The notes under the pieces are model-generated. The model did not search any database, had not been told where the DNA came from, and saw nothing but the letters and a program-made list of their open reading frames with translations. Shown here piece after piece: positions 51,485 through 63,514 of a stretch of 64,000 bases of DNA (positions are counted from its first letter, which is position 1; each line of letters starts with the position of its first letter). Made by a program: the position numbers and the translations under genes. The stretch is from Haliotis rubra (lineage: Eukaryota), in NCBI RefSeq assembly GCF_003918875.1, contig NW_025767042.1:372001-436000 (forward strand), in the 5' to 3' direction.

Positions 51485-52833
51485 GAATGTAGAAAGAAAG
51501 TCACGGATAAAAAGTCACAGGAGGAACTGTGATTTATGACTGATTCTGTGATTCATCCTGTGATTTATGATTGATTCTGTGATTCATCCTGTGATTTATG
51601 ACTGATTCTGTGATTCATCCTGTGATTTATGACTGATTCTGTGATTCATCCTGTGATTTATGATTGATTATGTGATTCATCCTGTGATTTATGATTGATT
51701 CTGTGATTCATGCTGTGATTTATGATTGATTCTGTGATTTATCCTGTGATTTATGATTGATTCTGTTATTCATCCTGTGATTTATGATTGATTCTGTGAT
51801 TTATGATTGATTCTGTGATTTATGTTTGATTCTGTGATTGATCCTGTGATTTATGACTGATTCTGTGATTGATCCTGTGATTTATGACTGATTCTGTGGT
51901 TGATCCTGTGATTTATGACTGATTCTGTGACTGATCCTGTGATTTATGACTGATTCTGTGACTGATCCTGTGATTTATGATTCTGTGATTTATGATTGAT
52001 TCTGTGACTGATCCTGACTGTGATTAATGACTGATTCTGTGATTGATCCTGTGATTTATGATTCTGTGATTGATCCTGTGATTTATGATTGATTCTGGTG
52101 GTTGATCCTGATTGTGATTGACTTTTGATTTATGACTGATTCTGTGTTGATCCTGTGATTTATGACTGATTCTGTGGATTGATCCTGTGATTTATGACTG
52201 ATTCTGTATGACTGATCCTGTGATTTATGATTGATTCTGTGGTTGATCCTGTGATTTATGACTGATTCTGTGGTTGATCCTGTGATTTATGACTGATTCT
52301 GTAACTGATCTTGTGATTTATGATTGATTCTGTGACTGATCCTGTGATTTATGACTGATTCTGTGACTGATCCTGTGATTTATGATTGATTCTGTGACTG
52401 ATCCTGTGATTTATGATTGATTCTGTGACTGATCCTGTGATTTATGATTGATTCTGTGACTGATCCTGTGATTTATGACTGATCCTGTGATTTATGACTG
52501 ATTCTGTGACTGATCTTGTGATTTATGACTGATTCTGTGGTTGATCCTGTGATTTATGATTGATTCTGTGACTGATCCTGTGATTTATGACTGATTCTGT
52601 GACTGATCCTGTGATTTATGACTGATTCTGTGACTGATCCTGTGATTTATGACTGATCCTGTGATTTATGACTGATCCTGTGACTGATCCTGTGATTAAT
52701 GACTGATCCTGTGATTGATCCTGTGATTTATGACTGATCCTGTGACTGATCCTGTGATTTATGATCAGAATTAAACAGATAACAAAACAGTTAATGTGAC
52801 TTATTTTTCCTGTGACTTTTTTTCCGATCACCC
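51485..52833 (-). mobile_element. Helentron/HINE-like element carrying a 31-bp satellite array (51527-52765)
   Basis: Inverted subterminal repeats aaagtcacggataaaaagtcacagga and tgtgacttatttttcctgtgactttttttcc bracket ~40 copies of ctgtgatttatgactgattctgtgactgatc. Confidence 0.6.
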
Positions 52834-55430
52834 AAAAAGACACCCTTCTTGATTTGAAGTGTGTTTGAGGAAAAGGTTAGCACCTTTTGTCCTACCTTTA
52901 GTACCCGTTACAAAAACACACACAATCAAGTCACTAGAAACAAACGGGAGCTTATGGTACAAAACAAAAATAGGTCACTTCATTCGCTACTTCTGTGTTA
53001 GTCAGAAAATAATCAATTTATCCTGCTTAGATGGACTTCATCTTGAAAAGCCCCAGCCCATACAAATGAAACAAGGAACAAACAAACACACGCACAAAAC
53101 CCAATGCCATGTAAAGGCTACACAGGGTGCAAGCTGAATATTGGATCTTACAACAGTTGTGTCTAATGTGTGAGAAAGTCAGAAATATAGGTATGGTCTT
53201 GAAAAACCAATAAGCATATCCGGGGCATGTGTCGATCCATAATTACAGGATCCTGGCACTTTATGCAAAGCGTAAGTCTCTAAAAATAGGAAATTTGATA
53301 GAAATAGATAAGTCGGTTTATGCTGAATTAGTCCCCTTTGAGGTCGGAGATTCAGAACCAGTGGGAGGCTGGACTAGCTCCATTTTGGACTATTGCAGAG
53401 AAAGTTCCATGTTTGGTTTGGACTGGGTTTAACGCATTGCAGAAATTTGGTTGGGCGGGATGTTTGGCGGCTGCTTGAGACAGACTGAACTGTTTGCATA
53501 GTGCTAGCCCACTGAGATCCGCAGTGAAGCGATACAGACACGACTGACTGACCAGGTTCTACCCATTAATGCCGAGCGAGGACCAAAGTACCATATTTTT
53601 CTTTTGGTATGAATCGAAGCATGATCTAACCACTAGTGCGGAATATTAGTAGGTTTTGTAAGGTCCCAGCGATACAGAGCGAATGTTTTGGAAAATAAAT
53701 AAATAGATTTGGAAAAAAATACATAGATTTGGGCAAGCAGAAGATGTCCTTCATTTAAAACACGCTCTGCTGATCACAGCTGATGGCTTCATAATGTCTG
53801 TTGGAACAATGCAGATGACTACAGCCGACTTTGTAGGGTTCATCTAGGTGAGGTCTGTCAATATTTCAGGACTGACGTATTGTTGACGTTCATCAGCTGA
53901 TGCAGATCACTATTGTCAATTCACTAACTCTCCGCTTGACTGACAACGTAGTCATGCGAACATACTGACTTCGGGAAATGAACGACAGTTGGTCTTTTAG
54001 TATCCATCTACGCGAGGTCACCCACTACTGTCAATATGTATGTACGATTCCAAGGTTTACCGCGTCAAATTTAATTGTAAAGCATCTGCCGACGTCTGTA
54101 CCAACTCCTGTGCGTGTATTGAATAGCTGATAGTGATTAAATGTAACTGGGCAAATCCCTCGCTGAGGTACGACTTCTGCAGACAGGGGCGGATACAAGT
54201 AACCTCTGTGGGAAGAGAATGGGGCGGATACAGCTTTTTGAGAAAAGGGGGGGGGGGGGTTGCGCACCCCTCCACCCTCGCTCTGGATCCGCCTAGTGCA
54301 GGGACCAGTTGATATTGGCGACATACATAGTGTTGTCATTTGGAATGACCTACAATCTATCTCATGAGACTGAATATGCATATATTCATTAAACATTCTC
54401 ACAGGTTCACAAATATGTTGGATCCGTAAAACGATCATATTTGGTGTAGTTGATACTAACTGGAACTGTTACTGTTCTACAGACATTATGTAATATTTTG
54501 CTGATCTAAAAACAAAGTACCAACTTTTGTTTCCTTGTAATGGTGTTTCATGCATATAGTGTAACCAAACGTATATATGATCTTCAAATGATATAGCTGA
54601 ATTAGAAAAACATAATTTTAGTAAAATTACCATTTAATTTATAAAATGCACTCTCTTTTAGAATTGACCTTTGATCTTACGAAAATATTTTTGTGATGAG
54701 TATATATGTAATATTATTGTCCACAATTTTAAATCATGATCTGAGCATTCCAAAACTAGTATTTTGATGAAAATCGGTCAATCCAAACCAGAGTTAATAT
54801 TAAATCTTGTTTTCAAATTAAACCATCCAGTCATCGGTTAAAATATGACCATAACTGAAATGACATGTTGCACCTTAAAAGGGCCCCTGCACGATAGTCA
54901 CGTATGGCAGCTGATGACAACCGGCTTTAAATCAAAGCTAAATCATTCCTGATTGTGGAATATCACATCCCATTCGGTCGCCAGAATTGCACCACATTTT
55001 CACCATTTTTGGGGTCTGGCTTCTAGACCATTTCCCTTGCACACTCACAATGTACAGGCCAGCTTTATATTTCTTCACCTACATTTGTTACAAATGTTTC
55101 TACTTCTTAAATAAATGTAAAGAATTTAAATTAGTAATTTAAATCTTAACATTTAATAAAAACCAAATTACTAGTGAAAAACTGTTAATAATTTTCGCCG
55201 ACCCGCTCTCTTACTTCTGGAGGTTAGAGATGAGAAAGAGGACAAGAAATACGGAGTATTCGGTGGACTGTGGGCTTGTCGGGGATCAACTATTTGTTCG
55301 CTGTAGAGAGTTGCTAACGTGTGCATTTTACAGGAAATGTTGTTGCATTTTGTTATGTGGGTTTGTGAACATGTCCCTCCATGTTCGTTTAGTATTTTAG
55401 TGTCTTTGTTTGTTGGTCTTCATGTCAGGC

Positions 55431-55790
55431 TCATCATCCAAAGCTGTGTTCCACTGGAAATATAGTAGATTTTGAACCATGCCCTTGCGTCATCAATTAC
55501 ATGAATCACAATGCTATGACGTCAAAAATGGGAACAATGCTGTGACGTCATAAAGTTCATGACGTCACAATGCTATGACATTTGTACTGCAAGTCTAATG
55601 GCCGTACCGTGTTCAAAGATGAATATTATTCATTGAAAACTAATGAAGAGTGATTTTTGATGATAAATAGAATCTCACCCTCGTGTCTTCTGACATCAAA
55701 TCTATCAACACTATATAAAAGTAACACTTTGTAACTTTTTCAACTCATATTGCTGTAGTTGATATTAGTAGGCACTTGGGTGAGATTGTC
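55431..55790 (-). mobile_element. Inverted second copy of the Crypton-like element
   Basis: Collinear reverse-complement match to 50450-50805 (for example tgcaagtctaatgg and atagaatctcaccctcgtgtcttctga). Confidence 0.6.
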
Positions 55791-57048
55791 CATAATTATG
55801 CCACCCCACAAAATTGCAAATGAAATCAGGTCATTCCAACACTTGTTGCTCTGTCAATATATTTGATCTAGAACATCAAGCAATAAATAATTAAACAAAC
55901 TTTATTTACAGCCCCCCGAAGAGGCTCTAGGCCTACGGTACATGGCCTACACACATACTGAAGCAAAGGATCTAGCCTTGCTGTAAGGCTGTACTGAATG
56001 CAGGCCCCATGGATGTATAGTTATTCTATCCTTTAAAGAGGTAATTCTACACAAGCGGACAGTACCCAGTCTGTTATTTATATGTTTTTTTGCAGAGTGA
56101 GTGAGTGAGTTTAGTTTTAAGCCGCTTTTAGCAATATTCCAGCAATATATATATCTCGGCGGGGGACACCAGAAATGGGCTTCACACATTGTACCCATGT
56201 GAGGAATCGAACCCGGTCTTCGGTGTGACGAGCGAACTCTTTAACCACTAGGCTATCCCTTCGCCCCATTTTTTAAATAGAAATTATTATTTAAACAATT
56301 AATTATTACCTTAGAGACTTGTGCAAGTCTACGAAGGACACTATAACAGTAAATACATCGTAGATGAGATCACACCTATAAGTCAGATGATCTTATGTTT
56401 CCTGCTTGGTGATATATTTTCATTGCAAGATACTCTGTGACTGTAAATAGCTATTCTTTGTACACAGACAATATTTGTGAATTTTACCTCTTTATCATTC
56501 CGCCAGTCATGAATACTGATACGATTTACAGACATGCGCAAATATGAGCCCGGGGGGCCGTTGCAATAGACCATTTTAAATGATTTGGGTGAGATCACTA
56601 AAGCTAGGATTGCTTTGTGGACCGGGCTTTGGTAGTAAGAGGCGGCAGAAATGGATCGGATGTCTTCGGTGTCCTGTTTTATTTCACATGTTCATATTAT
56701 CAACCAGCGGTCTGTCTGTCCATTATCTGCAGGCTGGCAATATTTTGCTGTGATATTGTTGAATACGTAAATAACACGCACTCACTTGGATATACTTTTA
56801 GAATGTTTTAGTGCCCCCCTCCCCCTCTCTAATTCTAATTTCACCTCACCCTCACCTTTTTGCTTCAACAATCGGCGTAATATTTGCGTAGATTAAAATC
56901 TCGGTTCTCGTGTACCCGTTTTAGCAAGTAGAAGTAGTTTTAGGGGTAATGTACCAAGGGTAGATAACTCTAACCTGAAGACGTTCCACAACACGCTTGG
57001 GAAAGTTTGAAGTCTATACAATTTGACATTATAGCATAGATCAAGAGA

Positions 57049-60000
57049 ATGAATCAAACAATTACAAAATTATCACGGCTACTCAAACGTGTTCCCTCAT
57101 GGAACAATGCCTTTCATTTTATACGTAGCGACAATTTTTATTCTAGGACATCGTACAGACGTTTGCTGTGCACATCGAATAGAAAACCTATAGCAATCGC
57201 ATGTTTAAATGGAGACGCGCAGTTCACGAAAAGGCTACAAAGTCCAAGGTTCTATGCAACACAAAAACCGACAGAAAATAAGAAGGACCTTGTTGAAGCT
57301 AAAGAGGGTCCTTATTCTGGTCTGACACGTGGAGAAAAGGGTCAGTAACACAGAATCACTTGACCCGGCATGTCCTAAATTCACTGTTAGATCTCAGCAA
57401 TGTACAACTCTGCGTTTACAAGCTTGCATTTACTAGTTACTATGGTTGCATACTGCTCAGCTACGAATGCCTAATGCAGTGACGTTGTTTTATATTTTAG
57501 AGCAGTGTCATTGCGTGCTGTGCCCTTGTGCCAGACTGTTCAATATGTTTAAGACACACTCACTCACAAGAGGCAAGATGTCATAGTGCTTCTTAAGCTT
57601 TCACAAGACTGCAGTGGGTCATCAATCTTTTACCTAAAATCTGAGATTTAGCTGCTATATTTTATGTGAAAATGTTATGTAAATCAACAACAAAGTTATC
57701 AGCTTGAGGAGGCGGTGGGGTAGTCCATCGTAAAGTTCAAAGGCTGTGTTGATTCCCCACATGGATACAATTTGTGGAGCCCATTTCTGGTCCTTTGATA
57801 TTGCTGTGTTGATTCCCTACATGGATCACACACTCACTCACTATGTGGAAAGCACCATTTCTGGTGCTGTGATATTGCTGGAATATTGCTAAAAGCAGCG
57901 TAAAACTCAACTCACTTACTCACTCACTATTAACTTGAAGGTGCACTATTTCCTTGGCATTTTATGAATATTAAGTTTAATTATTAAAAATTCATAGAAA
58001 TGTATTGCTTTAAAATTGTTGCAGTGTAATGTTCCACTTTAAGAGTCAAATATGCACCAAGCTCACTCACTCATGCCAGAAACAAAGCATGGTGATGTGT
58101 GATGATGCATGTTTGAATATGTACTGAACACTTTTATATATTGATGAGTATATTTGATGCAGTCATACTTACTTAATGTGAAGCAGAGCTCCAGATAAGA
58201 TTAGCTCATGTGGGTACTGTACCCACTGTATGTTTTGGACGAGGGTATTATGAATGTTGAGTGGGTATTTCATTTTCTGTTACCCACTGCTTTCAAATAT
58301 GTGCGTATTTCAGTCATTTTACTCACCAAAGTATTATGTCATTGAGTAAGTTTACTAAGCAGGTATGTTCTGCCTTATGTCATACCTAATCAAAACCAAC
58401 TTAAATATATATGCAAGCAATTTTTATAAAACATTGAAGCATTTGGCATCTCATTTGAGTAAAGTCAATGCGTGGTGGAAATTTTTGTTATATAATCTTG
58501 GCCTCTTGAACATACAGCTTTGAATCACACTCAACCAAATAATGTAATGATTATGATATTAAATGACATGGTGATCACATTGTTCTATTTGTTTCCAGTA
58601 AAGGAAGCTGGCAAAGATATCTCTTATGGCTTGGTCATTCTAGTTGGTGTTGGTATAACAGGTACGTAGTCCAGTTTTGTTTAAACCAACAAAATATTAT
58701 GTATTCTTTGGATTTCCAGCTCAACATACATGAAACCTGCAAAAATATAATATGAAAAAATTTAAAAATAATAAAATATTGAAGAAAGGTTAATACCTTA
58801 ATATTATTCATCCTCAAAACAACTGGCATTCTGCTTCAGCTTTTTTCTGACAACTGTTGTTAAAAACGGGGTTCAGAGGTCACAGTGGCTCAGTTGTATG
58901 AACAGATGCAATTCATTGTGCAAAGTTGCTTCCCTTGGGTGATCACACTTCTGTATTGACAAAACATATGGACTCAAAATGTACAGATACATTGATAAGG
59001 CAGATTATCGAGATTGTTGTGATTTTGAAAAGACTATTTTCCTTGTGCTGTGAACATCAATGAGTTTCTTCCAATGGGACAAAAAGGCTTGTGGCCTGTT
59101 CATTTATCAATAGGTTTTGATGTAAATTATATCTTTTTGCTGCCTAAATTTTACATGTTATTTTATTGACATATTTGTGATTAACAGGGATCATATTCTA
59201 TGTGGTTGGCCGAGAGCTGTTCTCATCCCAGAGTCCAAGTGGGATATACGGAGATGCTCTGAAGAAATGTATGGAGAATGATCAGGTAGGTGTTAAACAC
59301 ATCAACTTCATTCTACTGATGACCCGTGAAGATCCGGGTTAGAATTGATCTTCAGTAACCCATGCTTGTCGTAAGAGGAGACTAACAGGATCGGGTGGTC
59401 AGGCACAGACTTGGTTGACACATGTCATCGTATCCCAATTGCGTAGATTGACGCTCATGCTGTTGATCACTGGATTGTCTGGTCCAGACTTGAATATTTA
59501 CAGACCGCCGCCATATAGCTGGAATATTGCTGAGTGCGGCGTTAAACAACAACCAAACCAAACCATTCTACTCACCAACGTGACAATGCCATAGAAATTT
59601 TATCCAGGCCACAACTTCTATGTATCTAATGGTGGAGTGCAATTAATATTGATGATGTACCACTACAATGCCTAGCAGAAACAAATTAGAACTGAAAAGA
59701 AAAATAATTTGTCAAGTGATGTTTAATTGCAAATTTAACGTCTTTACCGACAGTGGTAATTTTCTCTTGTTCTTTCACACAAAGAGATACAATGATGTTT
59801 TCTTACCACCACAAAAATGAGTAAAATATATATAGATAAGCCGACCCCTTTTTACAGAATGCTATTTTTTGGTCCTCAATATTCAGCTTATCTACGGTCA
59901 TATACAGTTCTAACCTTACACCATGCATGTGTTGATTTGTGATGTATATTTTGAACTGAAAAGGGGCGGTGGGGTAGCCTAGTGGTTAAAGCATTAGTTC

Positions 60001-62315
60001 TTCATGCCGAAGACCCTGGTTTGATTCCCCACATGGGTACAAGTGTGAAGCCCATTTCTGGTGTCCCCTTGATATTGCTGGAATACTGATAAAAGTGGCA
60101 TAAAACCATCCTCACTCACTCACTAATTTATTTTGATATTCATGATTCTGTTTCAGTTGATTAGTATGCTGGGAGAGCCACTGAAAGGCTACGGTGAGAT
60201 GACACGACGTCGGCGTAGAAGACATGTCAGGTAATAGTAGAACAGAACCTACATTAATGTAACCACATTGTAAATATAATTACATTGAAGTCATAATTGT
60301 TCCCTTTAGTTTTAATTGGCAGTTGTAGCCACAAGTTGTACAGTGTTGCCAAGCCATCACAGTAGGTGACAAGGTGGTTACATTGTTGTAATCTGTTGTA
60401 GCCATCACAGTAGCTGACAAGGTGGTTACATTGTTGTAATCTGTTGTAGCCATCACAGTAGCTGACAAGGTGGTTACATTGTTGTAATCTGTTGTAGCCA
60501 TCACAGTAGCTGACAAGGTGGTTACATTGTTGTAATCTGTTGTAGCCATCACAGTAGCTGACAAGGTGGTTACATTGTTGTAATCTGTTGTAGCCATCAC
60601 AGTAGCTGACAAGGTGGTTACATTGTTGTAATCTGTTGTAGCCATCACAGTAGCTGACAAGGTGGTTACATTGGTAATCTGTTGTAGCCATCACAGTAGC
60701 TGACAAGGTGGTTACATTGTTGTAATCTGTTGTAGCCATCACAGTAGCTGACAAGGTGGTTACATTGTTGTAATCTGTTGTAGCCATCACAGTAGCTGAC
60801 AAGGTGGTTACATTGTTGTAATCTGTTGTGTAGCTGACAAGGTGGTTACATTGTTGTAATCTGTTGTAGCCATCACAGTAGCTGACAAGGTGGTTACATT
60901 GTTGTAATCTGTTGTAGCCATCACAGTAGCTGACAAGGTGGTTACATTGTTGTAATCTGTTGTAGCCATCACAGTAGCTGACAAGGTGGTTACATTGTTG
61001 TAATCTGTTGTAGCCATCACAGTAGCTGACAAGGTGGTTACATTGTTGTAATCTGTTGCAACCACCTTAGCAGTTGACAAGGTAGTAACATTGTTGTATT
61101 ATTGTTGTAACTATTTCAATAGTTGGCAAGGTGATTGCATTGCTGTATTCTGTTGTAACCATCTCAACAGTTGACAAGGTAGTTACAGTGTTGTATTCTG
61201 TTGTAGTTAGTGTTGTATTCAATGGTAACCATAACTGCAGTTGACGAGATAGTAACAGTGTTGTTTTCTGTTGTAACCAACACAGTAGTCGAGAAATAAG
61301 TTTCAGTGTTGTATTCTGTTGTAACCATAACAGTAGTTGGCAAGGAGGTTACAGTGTTCTATTCTGTTGCAGCCATCAAGAGTTTGAGAGCGGTGGCGTG
61401 AAATACATGAGGATGCGATTCTATGTTGAAGGCCCGCATGGAAAGGCTACGGTTACCGCTGAGATGAAGCAGGTAATCGTTACATTCCAAAAAAAGTGAT
61501 CATACTTAATTCCCCACATGTCTCTATACTTTGGAGACCCGGGAAGATCCGGGTTAGAATTGGTCTTTAGTAACCCATGCTTGTCGTAGGAGGCAAGTAA
61601 CGGGATCGGGTGGTCAGACTCGCTGACTTGGTTGACACAGGTCATCACATCCCACTTGTGTAGACTGATGCTCATATTGTTGATCATGGGAATCTTGCTG
61701 AATGCGGCGTTAAACAACAAACCAAGCAATGGAGTGCAGCATTAAACCACAAACAGAATAATAACAACAATAATCAATTGTCTTTAATGATTCAGTAACC
61801 ATGGACATCTATTTGAGATTCTACCGCCTCCGTGGTGTAGCAGTTAGAGCGTCCGCCCAGAGAGCGGAAAGTCGCGGGTTCGATCCCGACCGCGTCATAC
61901 CAAAAAGACGTTAAAATATGGTACTTGTTGGTCCCTGCCTGGCGCTCGGCATTAATGGGTATAACAAGGACTGGTTGGCTCGGAGTCAGTATAATATGTC
62001 TGAGTGGGGTATTCATGCTTCACTGCGGCAAGGTATCTCAGTGGGCTAGCACTATAAAACCAGCTTAAGTCTGGGCTAGTACAAGCAGCTGCACATACAC
62101 ATACACATGCATGCCCGTCGTCATATGAGCGAAATATTCTCAAGCACGATGTAAAACCCAATTTCACCTCACCTCACCTATTTGAGATTCATTGTACTAA
62201 ATCGTTGACTTGCTGCTTGTTTCAGAATGATGCAGGGAAGTACGAGTACCGATACGTCGTGGCCGAGTTGCAGGGCTATCCGGCGCGATCTGTGTTAGTA
62301 GTGGACAACACGTGA
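57049..62315 (+). CDS. TIMM21: Mitochondrial import inner membrane translocase subunit Tim21; 6 coding exons: 57049-57340, 58599-58661, 59188-59285, 60157-60230, 61373-61472, 62226-62315 (717 nt, 238 aa)
   Basis: All introns are GT-AG with consistent phases. Spliced protein has an Arg/Ser-rich presequence, then [49 protein letters not shown]...LGEPLKGYGEMTRRRRRRHVS...YMRMRFYVEGP...GKYEYRYVVAELQGYPARSVLVVDNT*, matching the metazoan Tim21 TM segment and TIM21 domain. Confidence 0.95.
59321..59563 (+). mobile_element. Family B short retroposon (~245 bp, no tRNA head), representative copy in TIMM21 intron 3
   Basis: Starts GACCCGTGAAGATCCGGGTTAGAAT, ends gctggaatattgctgagtgcggcgttaaacaac plus an A/C-rich tail; TSD cattctact. 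Other copies start near 4812, 9101, 11197, 12555, 19685, 21266, 21717, 34449, 36923, 37535, 39525, 41657, 61536 and 62775. Confidence 0.88.
60350..61378. repeat. 48-bp minisatellite filling TIMM21 intron 4, ~21 units
   Basis: Unit ttgttgtaatctgttgtagccatcacagtagctgacaaggtggttaca; homogeneous to ~61050, degenerate toward exon 5. Confidence 0.95.
61823..62177 (+). mobile_element. Family C SINE in TIMM21 intron 5
   Basis: Perfect 13-bp TSD ctatttgagattc (61809-61821, 62178-62190). Confidence 0.9.
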
Positions 62316-62503
62316 TACACGCCAAACCACATGCCTGCAGTGTGTGCTGACCAATCAGCAGTGTCTTGTATGACTGTTATCCTGTCTAGGGAAGAGTTTG
62401 TTGATACACTTTAAAATGTGTCATCACATTGTGTGTGTGCCAACACTTCATCTCAAATGTTGATGCAACTAACTTACATGATTATCCTTTTGTAATATAC
62501 ATC

Positions 62504-62509
62504 AATAAA
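62504..62509 (+). terminator. Probable poly(A) signal of TIMM21
   Basis: AATAAA about 190 nt after the TGA, followed by T-rich sequence. Confidence 0.55.
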
Positions 62510-63240
62510 AGAAGGTGATTTCTTTTTCAGAAAATTATGTCATAAATAATAACATTGCACATACTTCAATATCAACAGATCACTTTATCATGTAATGATG
62601 GAATTGTCCACATGTTAGTATCGGCTCTCTATTTCAAATTCCTCCGTATCAAGATCTGACAAATCAGTATGTGAATATTTTTCAAATCAACCAATTGCCA
62701 TCAAGGCTTATACATTTGCAGTAAAGATTTGCAAGGTTTTCAAGGCAGCTTATCTGAATTTCTCGAACGTGTTTTGTTTATTTGCTTTGTAACAGCACAC
62801 TCAGCATTATTCCAGCAACATGGCGGTGGTCTGTAAATAATCGACTTAACAATCCAGTGATTAAATCAATATCATGAGCATCGACCTATGCAATTAGGAT
62901 ACAATGACATGTGGCTAACATGTCAGCGAGCCTGACCACCCGATCCCTTTAGTTGCCTCTTACAACATTGCTGATGACTAGTTGTAACCCAAATCTTCAC
63001 AGGTACCTTGAAAATGAACATAAACAGGCAGCTCCAAATGGAAAAATTAAAGGCTGCCTTATGTATTTTTGGTGAATATTTTATAGTTCTTTATTTCTGA
63101 CTCCATAGGCCCATTTTGGTGTCGCCTGCCGTGATGTTGCTGGAATATTGCTAAAAGCAGCGTAAAACCATAATCACTCTCTCTGACTTCATAGCTTCTG
63201 CAACAAAACTGGAAGGAATAAATTTGTTCCTCATGTGACC

Positions 63241-63514
63241 TGAATTTTATAATGCCTGCAGTACTTGCTTACTTTGTGTGCTATACGGTAACACATGTTT
63301 GACGTTAGGCTGAATCTTATAACGTCTGCCACACTCACTTACTTTGTGTGCTATACGGTAACACATGTTTGACGTAAGGATGAATTTAATAACATCTGCC
63401 GCACTCGCTTACTTTGTGTGCTATACGGTAACACATGTTTGACATTAGGCTGAATTTTATAACGTCTGCAGCACTCACTTACTTTGTGTGCTATACGGTA
63501 ACACATGTTTGACG
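63241..63514. repeat. 70-bp tandem repeat, 4 copies
   Basis: cttactttgtgtgctatacggtaacacatgtttgac recurs with period 70. Confidence 0.92.

Noticed and set aside
52616-52843. ORF with SQDQ/HRIS repeats
   Set aside because: Translation of the 31-bp satellite and its carrier end.
59321-59400. Assigning the family B 5' module to the HDV-like or pistol ribozyme classes
   Set aside because: The required helix order (P1/P1.1/P2/P3/P4 for HDV, or the pistol P2 junction) could not be built by eye, so it is kept only as an unclassified candidate.
60254-61080. Long repetitive minus-strand ORFs (SATVMATTDYNNVTTL)n
   Set aside because: Artefact of a 48-bp unit (multiple of 3) antisense within TIMM21 intron 4; non-ATG starts.
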